64,000 bases of DNA from NCBI RefSeq assembly GCF_050290165.1, contig NZ_JBNKHD010000003.1, positions 85,752 to 149,751 on the forward strand. Direction: 5' to 3'. Below, piece by piece: positions 47,582 through 56,162 of this stretch (positions are counted from its first letter, which is position 1; every line of letters starts with the position of its first letter). Origin of the DNA: Tenacibaculum sp. (GTDB lineage Bacteria; Bacteroidota; Bacteroidia; Flavobacteriales; Flavobacteriaceae). A program made the position numbers and the translations under genes. The notes under the pieces were generated by a model. That model worked only from the letters and a program-made list of their open reading frames with translations, had not been told where the DNA came from and made no database searches.

Positions 47582-49663
47582 ATGAAAAAAAAGTATTTAT
47601 TACTTTCGTTACTATTGCTGTGCCTTAGTTTTTCTAATGTTTACAGTCAAGAAAAAATGTTTTATGGTACTATTGAAACTAAAGATGCCTTAAAACTACA
47701 AAAAGTTGCTCCCTCTGATATTAAGATTCTTTCCTCCCAAAATGGATTTAGTGCTGTAAAGCTAAGCCATCATGCAGCTGAAAAATTGCATCACATGATT
47801 TTAACTCATGGTCCAGGGTTTATTTATGAACCGTCTGAAAAACAAGCTATACAAACAATTCAGAAACTACAAAGTAAGAAAGCTTATCAGCAGAGAGCAT
47901 CATATACTATTAGTGAAGATCAACTTGTAAGTCAAAGTTTAGGTTTGGTAAACAATACAAATATTGCCAATCATATTGTAGAGCTTGAAAACTATGGTAC
48001 TAGATATCATACTACCCAGAAGGCAACACAGGCAGTACAAGACTTAAAACAAAAATGGGAAACTATGGCCAGTGGTAGATCTGATGTTAGTGTTAGAATA
48101 GTTGACCATAGTAGTACCACTATGCCTTCCGTAGTTATGACAATTCAAGGAAGTGATCTTCCGAATGAATATGTAATTATAGGTGGTCATATCGATTCTG
48201 TTAGTCCAGAAAGAGAAACTAATGCTCCTGGTGCTGATGATAATGCTTCTGGTATTGCTACAATTACCGAAATGGCTAGAGTGCTTTTTCAAATGGATTT
48301 TCAACCTAAAAGAACAATAGAGTTTATGGCATTTGCTGCTGAAGAAGTTGGTTTAAGAGGTTCAAAAGAGATTGCTCAGGATTATAAAAATAGTAGTATC
48401 AATGTTTTGTCGTATGTGCAATTTGATATGACTAATTATAAAGGATCGCCAAAAGATGTTTACATTTCTGATGATAGCTATAATAGCAGTACACTTAATG
48501 CTTTTTTAGCGAGCCTTATGGATCATTATAATGCTTCGGGGAACCATCAATTTACCTACGATTATACACGATGTAATTACGGTTGTTCTGATCATTATAG
48601 TTGGGCGCAACAAGGATATGATGCTGCTTTTCCTTTTGAAGCATCATTTAACGATTCAAGTCCTTATATTCATACTGTTAATGATACTTCAGACCGATTC
48701 CCAACAGCCAATGCAACACATGCAGCAAAATTTGCAAAGCTTGGTTTAGAGTATTTAATTGAAGTAGCAAAAAGTAAAGGAAGTGTTAGTGTACCAGCTT
48801 ACTGCGATTCAAAAGGAAACAATATAAATGATGAATATATTCAAAATGTAAAACTTGGGACTATTAATAATAATTCAGGAGCTACAAATGGTTATCAAGA
48901 TTTTACGAATATTTCTACCAATTTAGAACAAGGTAGTTCCAATACAGTTACTATTATTCCTAAATGGACAGGTACAGTTTATAAAGAAGGATATGCAGTT
49001 TGGATTGATTACAATCAAGATTCTGACTTTGAAGATAGCGGAGAGCAAGTATGGGTTAAAAGTGCATCTACTGATAGCTCTGTGAATGGGACTTTTACTA
49101 TACCTAACACTGTAAAACTAGGAACTACAAGAATGAGAGTTTCTATGCGGTATAATACGATTCCTTCTTCTTGTGGTTCTTTTGATTATGGAGAGGTTGA
49201 AGATTATACTATAAATATTATTGAAGGAGATGGTGATACTAGTACAAATATTTGTGACGGAGTACCGCAATATGATTCTTCTCAAAGCTATCAGGTTGGT
49301 GATAGAGTTGTTTATTTTGATGTTTTGTATGAGAGAACATCAAGTGGATGGAACAGTATTGGAAATTGTAGTAGTGCTAAAGTCACTAAATCAGATACAA
49401 AGGAAATTTTAGTAAATGATAAAAATGTAATTGAATTTTCTCCCAACCCTGTTGAAAAGGGAGTAATCACCTTACAAGTAAATAATGAATTGTGGAAAAA
49501 CAAAGAAGTTGCTATCTATAATGCAAATGGAAGGTTGCTTCAAAAAGTAAAAATGAGTTCAAGAAGCAACAATATAGATGTTTCAAAGTTATCAGCCGGG
49601 ATTTATTTTGTGTCTCTTGACGATACGGGAAAAATGTATACTAAACAATTAGTTAAAAAGTAA
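47582..49663 (+). CDS. Secreted M28 leucyl-aminopeptidase-like metallopeptidase with GEVED, CBM5/12-like module and T9SS type A CTD
   Basis: GGHIDS, GADDNASG, AAEEVGLRGS, SDH and IHT; YGEVEDY; QYDSSQSYQVGDRVVY; FSPNPVEK...GIYFVSL...KQLVKK. Confidence 0.85.
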   Translation: MKKKYLLLSLLLLCLSFSNVYSQEKMFYGTIETKDALKLQKVAPSDIKILSSQNGFSAVKLSHHAAEKLHHMILTHGPGFIYEPSEKQAIQTIQKLQSKKAYQQRASYTISEDQLVSQSLGLVNNTNIANHIVELENYGTRYHTTQKATQAVQDLKQKWETMASGRSDVSVRIVDHSSTTMPSVVMTIQGSDLPNEYVIIGGHIDSVSPERETNAPGADDNASGIATITEMARVLFQMDFQPKRTIEFMAFAAEEVGLRGSKEIAQDYKNSSINVLSYVQFDMTNYKGSPKDVYISDDSYNSSTLNAFLASLMDHYNASGNHQFTYDYTRCNYGCSDHYSWAQQGYDAAFPFEASFNDSSPYIHTVNDTSDRFPTANATHAAKFAKLGLEYLIEVAKSKGSVSVPAYCDSKGNNINDEYIQNVKLGTINNNSGATNGYQDFTNISTNLEQGSSNTVTIIPKWTGTVYKEGYAVWIDYNQDSDFEDSGEQVWVKSASTDSSVNGTFTIPNTVKLGTTRMRVSMRYNTIPSSCGSFDYGEVEDYTINIIEGDGDTSTNICDGVPQYDSSQSYQVGDRVVYFDVLYERTSSGWNSIGNCSSAKVTKSDTKEILVNDKNVIEFSPNPVEKGVITLQVNNELWKNKEVAIYNANGRLLQKVKMSSRSNNIDVSKLSAGIYFVSLDDTGKMYTKQLVKK

Positions 49664-49680
49664 TTGTTTACAGAGTATAA

Positions 49681-49712
49681 AAAAAACCCAAGTTTTAAAA
49701 CTTGGGTTTTTT
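49681..49712. terminator. Bidirectional terminator (perfect 32-bp palindrome)
   Basis: AAAAAACCCAAGTTTT/AAAACTTGGGTTTTTT. Confidence 0.85.
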
Positions 49713-49750
49713 GGGTTATTTATATCTAAATATTGGTTTGTTAAATCACC

Positions 49751-51715
49751 TTATTGTATAGTAAAGTTGTCTAAATAAATATCGAAAGGAGCACTCTTTC
49801 CAACTTTTAAAGCAAAGAAACTTTTGCTTAAATCAGATGTGTTTAAATCAGTAATACCTGTTAAATCTAAGGTGATCTTAACCCATTGTCCAGCAGTGTT
49901 GATAGAACCAGTATAGCTATTGCTACCACTAGCAGAAATAGTAGTGTCTCCAGTAATATCACCTAAATTAAATGGGTAGTATGATGTACCATCTGATTTA
50001 TATAAGTTGATAGAGATACTTTTTCCTGTTGAAGTTCCTTTAACATAAAAAGTAATAGAATTGTAAGTACTTGGTAATCCATTTTGAGCTAAAGAAGTAA
50101 AAACATAATCATTACCACCTGTTGAACTCATATTGATGCTTAAAGCAGTACTACTGTCAACTCCATTTCCTGCACTTTCAGTAGCGTAACTTTTAAGACC
50201 AAAACTGTTTAAACCATTTGTAAATGCTGTGAAATCTTCAAAATCACCTCCAGCAAAAGCTAAAGAACCAGTAGGTACAGGTGTACCACCTCCACCACAA
50301 GTTGTGTAATCTTCAGTAAAGTTTACATCAGCTTCATTTCTTAAATAGATTTGAACTCCATCAAAATTAGACATTACTCCAGTAAGAGTACCTTTTTTAT
50401 TACTTACAGGGTTATTAGCAAAGTTAGCTTGACTACTAACATATGTTGTTAAAGCATCTCCATCACATTCTGAAATTAACTCATTATTCCCACTATAATT
50501 TTTAGCGTTGTCTTTGAATTGTACTCCTTCAATTTGTACTAATTTACCTTGATAGTCTCCAGTTAAAGCTTGTGCTATGGTAATTACTTCAGGTGTTGGT
50601 AAAGTACCTGCAGTTTTACTAAGAATGCTAGATGGAGAAACATTTAATTGTAATAAACCTTTATATTCACTTAATTTAGCTCCACCAACTGCAATTTCTA
50701 CTTCGTCTCCTAAGTTTAAATCGTATGCACCACTAAAACGTAAAGCAATACCAGCTGATGCGTCTTGTGCAAAAGCATTTTGGTTTGATGTATTTCCAGC
50801 AGCTAAATCTGAAGTAATTACAAGTTTTACTTTTAAATTTTCAGTAATGGTAACTTCACTATTAGTATATAAAGACTTAACGTAAGCTAATGTAGCTTCT
50901 GTAGGGTTATTGTTACAACCATATTCTTGAGTAAAGTTAACATCGTTAGTGTCTCTAAGAACTAATTGATAGCTACCTGAAAATTCATCTAAAATAGCAG
51001 TAATACTTCCTTTTTTATCAGGAATTGGATATTCTTTGAAGCTAACGAACTTACTTGTAGAAATATCAATTTTTTCAAAAGTTTCACAAGAAGTCATAGT
51101 TCTTGTAATGTAACTATCGTCTTCAGGGTAAGCATATTGCAATCCTTTTGTTGCTGATTGTAAACCTTCAATTTTCACTAACGTATTGATGTGGTTATCA
51201 GTTAAGTCACCAATTGTTAAAGTAGTTGGTACGATATCTACGATTTCAGAAGATCTATCTATTTTGCTTACATAATCCTCAGCTCCAATTCTGTCAGTAC
51301 GATTACCAGTACCTTTGATACCAATTTCAAAAGCTGAGTAGGGTTTGCTTAAGGCTAAACCTTTTAGTTTAACATATACTTTTCTTCCTACATTATATCT
51401 AGCTCCTAAGTTAGCATCATCAATTTTAATTTCAACTCCTACTGTAGGATTTTCAGGTTTGTCTTGTATAACTAATGTTTTGTAGAAGTTACCTTCTCTG
51501 TCATCAGAAATAACATAACCAGAAATAGTAATATCGTCATTAAACTCTACTACATCACCATTGTACAAAGCAATGATTTCACTTAATGATTTTAAGTTAG
51601 TATATTCTTTGTCTGATCCAATTGTTGGTAATTCAAAATCGTTATTATCAACACATGAGGCTGAAATTGCAATAAAAAGAATTGCAAAAATCTTGTATAA
51701 ATTTATTTTTTTCAT
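49751..51715 (-). CDS. DUF5689 (OB-fold) surface lipoprotein with C-terminal CBM-like beta-sandwich
   Basis: Lipobox ISASC, GYVISDDREGNFYKTLVIQD (DUF5689), an internal repeat, and C-terminal WVKITLDL...IYLDNF. Confidence 0.75.
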   Translation of the reverse strand: MKKINLYKIFAILFIAISASCVDNNDFELPTIGSDKEYTNLKSLSEIIALYNGDVVEFNDDITISGYVISDDREGNFYKTLVIQDKPENPTVGVEIKIDDANLGARYNVGRKVYVKLKGLALSKPYSAFEIGIKGTGNRTDRIGAEDYVSKIDRSSEIVDIVPTTLTIGDLTDNHINTLVKIEGLQSATKGLQYAYPEDDSYITRTMTSCETFEKIDISTSKFVSFKEYPIPDKKGSITAILDEFSGSYQLVLRDTNDVNFTQEYGCNNNPTEATLAYVKSLYTNSEVTITENLKVKLVITSDLAAGNTSNQNAFAQDASAGIALRFSGAYDLNLGDEVEIAVGGAKLSEYKGLLQLNVSPSSILSKTAGTLPTPEVITIAQALTGDYQGKLVQIEGVQFKDNAKNYSGNNELISECDGDALTTYVSSQANFANNPVSNKKGTLTGVMSNFDGVQIYLRNEADVNFTEDYTTCGGGGTPVPTGSLAFAGGDFEDFTAFTNGLNSFGLKSYATESAGNGVDSSTALSINMSSTGGNDYVFTSLAQNGLPSTYNSITFYVKGTSTGKSISINLYKSDGTSYYPFNLGDITGDTTISASGSNSYTGSINTAGQWVKITLDLTGITDLNTSDLSKSFFALKVGKSAPFDIYLDNFTIQ

Positions 51716-51727
51716 CTTGAGTGTTTT

Positions 51728-54487
51728 TTAGAATCTATAATTTACGTTTAAGAAATAAGTGGTACCTCTACCGTACCAGTATTTGTTTCCGAAAGTAGGA
51801 GTTCCGTTTGCGTTATCGTCACGTAACTCACGGTAGTTAGCTCTTCTACCTTGTTCGTATCCTCCTGTTTTATATTCTTCATTGAATATATTATTAATAC
51901 TAGCAAATAAACCGATATATTTGCCATCACCTACTTTCCAAGATTTTCCTCCAATAGCATTTACTACGATATAATCGTTGAATTGTTCTTGCTGTAATAG
52001 TTTTCTAGCTAATATAGGGTCATAATCTGCAAAAGGAGCACCGTCTACATCACTTATAAAGTTACTAGTTCTTCTAATAGGGGAAACATCTACAAAAGAT
52101 TCATCTAAATAATTAATAGTAGCTCCAAACCACCAGTAATCAGGATCTCTGTATTCAAATCCAAAAGAGTATGCTTTTTGTGGTCCTGCAGCAATTCTAT
52201 AATCTTTAAGAGAAGCAGCTCCCATATCTCTTTTACCGTTTATAAATCCAGGAGTGGATGCATTTTCAGTAGTAATAACAAGATTAGGATTGTTATTGTA
52301 TGTATACTGACCAATATTTGCAGCCCCTTTTAATTTAATAGTAGAAGTAACTTGTGCTTCGATACCCAATTCAACACCAAAGTGTCTTTTATCAATGCCT
52401 GTTAGGATTTCCTGAATAAAAGCAGAAGTATCTCCTCCAATACCATCAGCAAAGAAGAAAGAAATCTCAGTAGCATCTTTAATATCTGTAAAATAACCAG
52501 TCACTTTTGAAGTGATTAATGGGCTTCTGAAAATGTAACTAATATCTCCAGATAAAATTTTCTCACTGTTTAATTCTGCTACATCAGCAACAGTAACATT
52601 ATTTGCTCTTGAATTAGCAAAAGAATTACGTAAAGAAGGTGCTTTTGTAATATAACCACCATTTATGTCTAGTAAATGACGACCAGAAATTTTATAAGTT
52701 AAACCTCCTTTAGCTCCGTAGTTAAAGAAGTCTAATTTATCTGACTTTCCATAAGAATTAGTAGGGAAGTATCCGTTTTGGAATAAGCCTTCTCTCTGAT
52801 GAGTAGTATTATTTGCTTGTCCAGCTACATAAAAATCAACTTTGTTGTACTTGAATTGTAATTGTGCAAAACCACCATATACTTCAGATTCAAAATTATA
52901 GTTGTATTTGAAACGATCACCCAAACCAACAGTTCTACTAGGTGTTAATAGATTGCTTTGTTGTTGGTCAAAAGTACTTCCAAAAGTATTAACATCTAAA
53001 TAACCTGTAGCTCCAAGCATATCTATTGGAGTAGCAAAGTTTTCAGATCTTAATTTTCTGTACTCTGCGTTGGCAGTTAATGTAATATTATCATTTAATT
53101 CAGAAGATAGAATCATGTTTGCAGTTAATTGCTTGTCATCGTTTCTGTCTTCATATAAGATAGCACGAGCATTTTCTGGACTACCTTCATTTCCTATGTA
53201 TAACTCATCCCAATCAATTTGTCCGTCATTTTGGAAACTAGTTAATGCTTTATATGCATTTTCGTAGTCAGGTCCATTAGGATCTGATAAATACCAACTA
53301 GGTAGTTTTCTATAATATGTAGGATCAGGATTGTTTGTTCCGTTATAATCTAAACGACTATTTCCAATCTCTCCGAATTGATAACCAATATTGGTGTTTA
53401 ACATGGTGTTATCAGAAAGGTTCCAATAGTGATTTAACATTATGATTGGCTCGTATAATCTCTTAACTCTTGAGTTTCTCATTTTTCCATTTTGATTCCC
53501 CCAGTAAGAGTTATAACGAATACCTCTGATATCAAAAACTTCTTGAGTATTAGGTGACGATTTACCTCTTTCATTTTCAGCAGCAATCACAGTTAAGTTT
53601 AAGCTGTGAACATCGTTAATCTGCTTTTCAAGTGATAAAAAGATAGAGTTAGCATCGTAAAAAGTTCCATCAACATAACCTTCGTTACCTGCTCGTCTAC
53701 TTCCAGAAACTGCTATTGCCCAACCATTAGCTAATAAACCAGAAGTGTAAGTGGCCATTAAACGATGTTTATAACTTCTATTAGAAGAAGCGTAAGAAAT
53801 ACGTGTTCCTTCACTATATTCAGAAGCTCTAGTGTTAATATTTGTAGAACCTAATACACCACCAAAAGCATAATTAGAAGGAGTTAACCCGTTACTAAAT
53901 TCTTGATTACGTAATACGTCGTTCAATCCTCCCCAGTTACTCCATTGAGGTCTTCCGTTGTACAACTTGTTCATTTCAATACCGTTAATCAAAACTTTAC
54001 CGTTCTCAGAATCTAAACCGCGAACTCTGTAGAATGAACCACTCCATTCAAAAGCAGCAGTACGTAAGTATATATCTCTGGTAGCTTGTAATAAACCAGA
54101 AATATTATCTGCAGCACTTGTGTCATCGTTTAATTCATCATCCGTAATGGTGATAGTACTTAAATCTTGGTCTTCAGATATATCTTCATACATAAAGATA
54201 GTTCCTAAGTCTACAGTTTTACCAGATAATTCTACTGGAAAATTTTGGGTTTCATACCCGTTTAATGATACCGTTACAATTTGTCTTCCGTTTGGTAAAC
54301 CATTTAATGTAAAAGTACCGCTAGCATCAGTAATGCTTGAAATGTTGGCGTCTTTTACACTTACAGAAACACCTTGCATAGGATTTTCTGAATCGCTGTT
54401 TATTACGATCCCCTTTACAATGTTCTGCGCATTAAGGCTAAATAAGCCTGAAAGCAACAATAACATTGTTATCGTAAAATTTCTCAT
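51728..54487 (-). CDS. TonB-dependent receptor with N-terminal carboxypeptidase-regulatory-like extension
   Basis: Signal peptide, KGIVINSDSENPMQGVSV (NTE), plug YRVRGLDSE...INGIEMN and terminal YFLNVNYRF. Confidence 0.85.
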   Translation of the reverse strand: MRNFTITMLLLLSGLFSLNAQNIVKGIVINSDSENPMQGVSVSVKDANISSITDASGTFTLNGLPNGRQIVTVSLNGYETQNFPVELSGKTVDLGTIFMYEDISEDQDLSTITITDDELNDDTSAADNISGLLQATRDIYLRTAAFEWSGSFYRVRGLDSENGKVLINGIEMNKLYNGRPQWSNWGGLNDVLRNQEFSNGLTPSNYAFGGVLGSTNINTRASEYSEGTRISYASSNRSYKHRLMATYTSGLLANGWAIAVSGSRRAGNEGYVDGTFYDANSIFLSLEKQINDVHSLNLTVIAAENERGKSSPNTQEVFDIRGIRYNSYWGNQNGKMRNSRVKRLYEPIIMLNHYWNLSDNTMLNTNIGYQFGEIGNSRLDYNGTNNPDPTYYRKLPSWYLSDPNGPDYENAYKALTSFQNDGQIDWDELYIGNEGSPENARAILYEDRNDDKQLTANMILSSELNDNITLTANAEYRKLRSENFATPIDMLGATGYLDVNTFGSTFDQQQSNLLTPSRTVGLGDRFKYNYNFESEVYGGFAQLQFKYNKVDFYVAGQANNTTHQREGLFQNGYFPTNSYGKSDKLDFFNYGAKGGLTYKISGRHLLDINGGYITKAPSLRNSFANSRANNVTVADVAELNSEKILSGDISYIFRSPLITSKVTGYFTDIKDATEISFFFADGIGGDTSAFIQEILTGIDKRHFGVELGIEAQVTSTIKLKGAANIGQYTYNNNPNLVITTENASTPGFINGKRDMGAASLKDYRIAAGPQKAYSFGFEYRDPDYWWFGATINYLDESFVDVSPIRRTSNFISDVDGAPFADYDPILARKLLQQEQFNDYIVVNAIGGKSWKVGDGKYIGLFASINNIFNEEYKTGGYEQGRRANYRELRDDNANGTPTFGNKYWYGRGTTYFLNVNYRF

Positions 54488-54554
54488 AAATAATTGTTTA
54501 TAAAATATTTAAATAAGTTAGTTCCCAGTGCCGAAAATTACAGCAAAAGGGAGG

Positions 54555-54600
54555 CAAAATTAATAAAATTATCATTATGTTAATATTAAGTTAATGTTAT
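54555..54600 (-). promoter_or_regulatory. Promoter of TBDT-DUF5689 operon (-7 TAATTTTG) with 11-bp-spaced TTAACA-like repeats
   Basis: CAAAATTA at 54555-62; TGTTAA 54578/AGTTAA 54589 and TATTAA 54584/TGTTAT 54595. Confidence 0.45.
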
Positions 54601-54647
54601 GAATGAGGGTTTTGTGTAAATTGTAAGTTTTGGCTTGAAAATTGTTT

Positions 54648-54655
54648 TACTTTTG
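54648..54655 (+). promoter_or_regulatory. -7 element (TACTTTTG) for the EEP nuclease
   Basis: Consensus, 18 nt upstream of ATG. Confidence 0.55.
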
Positions 54656-54673
54656 CCGCGTAAAATTTATTAA

Positions 54674-55723
54674 ATGAGAAATATAGCTACACTCTTAGTT
54701 TTAACTCTTGTTGTTTTTTCTTCATATGCGCAGCAAGGACAAAAAAAATATAAAATTAGAACCGTAGGTTTTTATAATTTAGAAAACCTTTTTGATACCA
54801 AAAATGACCCTGAAAAAAACGATGAGGCGAGTCCGATTATGGAAATGAAGGGAAATAAAGAAGAGGTTTATTGGGATAAAATAGATAAGCTTGGTGAAGT
54901 TATTTCTCAATTGGGGGAAGAAAAAGCACATACAAGTCCTGCTATTTTAGGGGTAGCAGAAGTAGAGAATAAAAAGGTGCTTGAAGATTTAGTGAAATCT
55001 GAAAGGTTAAAAAAGAAGCGTTATGATATTATTCATTTTGATTCTCCTGATAAAAGAGGGATTGATGTAGGTTTCTTATATCAACCACGTTATTTTAAAC
55101 CAATTCATTTTGAAGCATTCAATCCGAATATTTACGATCAGAATCATAAAGTCTATACACGTGACATCTTGTTAGTTTCAGGATACCTTGATGATGAACT
55201 TATACATATTATTGTAAATCACTGGCCGTCTCGTAGAGGAGGAGAAGCAAAAAGTAGACCTTTACGTGAAAAAGCAGCATATAAAGTAAAACAGCTTATA
55301 GAAAAAATTAAAGAGAGTGACCCAAATCCAAAAGTTTTAATAATGGGAGACTTTAATGATGATCCCATAAACTCGAGTTTTAAAACTGTTTTGCTAACCA
55401 AGAGCAAAAAGAATAATGTAAAAGAAGGTGATGTTTACAATCCATATGAAGATATGTTCCGTCGTGGATTTAATACACTTGGTTATAGAGATAATATTAA
55501 TTTATTTGACCAAATAATGTTTACTTCTCCATTATTGGATAAAGGAGAGAAAGATTTTTCAACTTATAAAATGTTCAAGTCAGCAATCTTTAATAAGCGT
55601 TTCTTGACACAAAAGAGTGGTCGTTATAAAGGATATCCTTTTAGAAGTTTTTCTTATGGAAAATATACGGGAGGTTATAGTGATCATTACCCGGTATATA
55701 TGTACTTGATTAAAGAGGAATAA
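54674..55723 (+). CDS. Secreted endonuclease/exonuclease/phosphatase (EEP) family protein
   Basis: Signal peptide, FYNLENLFD, GVAEVEN, NHWPSR, MGDFNDDP, LFDQI and YSDHYPV. Confidence 0.9.
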   Translation: MRNIATLLVLTLVVFSSYAQQGQKKYKIRTVGFYNLENLFDTKNDPEKNDEASPIMEMKGNKEEVYWDKIDKLGEVISQLGEEKAHTSPAILGVAEVENKKVLEDLVKSERLKKKRYDIIHFDSPDKRGIDVGFLYQPRYFKPIHFEAFNPNIYDQNHKVYTRDILLVSGYLDDELIHIIVNHWPSRRGGEAKSRPLREKAAYKVKQLIEKIKESDPNPKVLIMGDFNDDPINSSFKTVLLTKSKKNNVKEGDVYNPYEDMFRRGFNTLGYRDNINLFDQIMFTSPLLDKGEKDFSTYKMFKSAIFNKRFLTQKSGRYKGYPFRSFSYGKYTGGYSDHYPVYMYLIKEE

Positions 55724-55761
55724 AATTAAAAGGACTTGCAATTGCAAGTCCTTTTAATTTT
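55722..55761. terminator. Bidirectional terminator (perfect 40-bp palindrome overlapping both stop codons)
   Basis: AAAATTAAAAGGACTTGCAA/TTGCAAGTCCTTTTAATTTT. Confidence 0.85.
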
Positions 55762-56104
55762 TACAAATATCGTTTAAATAGTTGTTCATTCTTAATTGAA
55801 ATAAGGTACCTCTCAACAAATCATCTATTTGTCCCAATTCGACTAATGATACTGCCAAACTAATTTTGTCAGATGGGGTTTGTAGCAAAATAGATTTACA
55901 GTGCTTTCCCTTGATACACGTATCACAGTTTTTTTGTTGTCTTGAATCCATTACTTTTTCTAAGAACTCTTCAATTTCTCGTTCTTTTAAATGAAATCCA
56001 GTGTCTCTAAATATGAGTTGAATTAGGTTAGCCTTGTTTTCTTTCCATTGAAAAGAAATACCTATTTTATTGTCGTATATCTTTGTTATACTTTCCATAA
56101 TCAT
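55754..56104 (-). CDS. Small hypothetical protein with CxxC-x5-C motif and C-terminal Cys
   Basis: 116 aa with C60, C63, C69 and C114; own promoter and Fur-box-like site. Confidence 0.7.
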   Translation of the reverse strand: MIMESITKIYDNKIGISFQWKENKANLIQLIFRDTGFHLKEREIEEFLEKVMDSRQQKNCDTCIKGKHCKSILLQTPSDKISLAVSLVELGQIDDLLRGTLFQLRMNNYLNDICKN

Positions 56105-56118
56105 AGTTAATTATGAAA

Positions 56119-56126
56119 CAAATATA
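56119..56126 (-). promoter_or_regulatory. -7 promoter element (TATATTTG)
   Basis: CAAATATA on + strand, 14 nt upstream of ATG. Confidence 0.65.
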
Positions 56127-56130
56127 AAAG

Positions 56131-56155
56131 TTTATTTGGAATTATTCTAAATAAA
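56131..56155. promoter_or_regulatory. Putative Fur box (12-1-12 palindrome, one mismatch)
   Basis: TTTATTTGGAAT-T-ATTCTAAATAAA. The core ATTTGGAATTATTCTAAAT is 18/19 to the recalled Riemerella Fur box. Confidence 0.7.
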
Positions 56156-56162
56156 AAAAATA

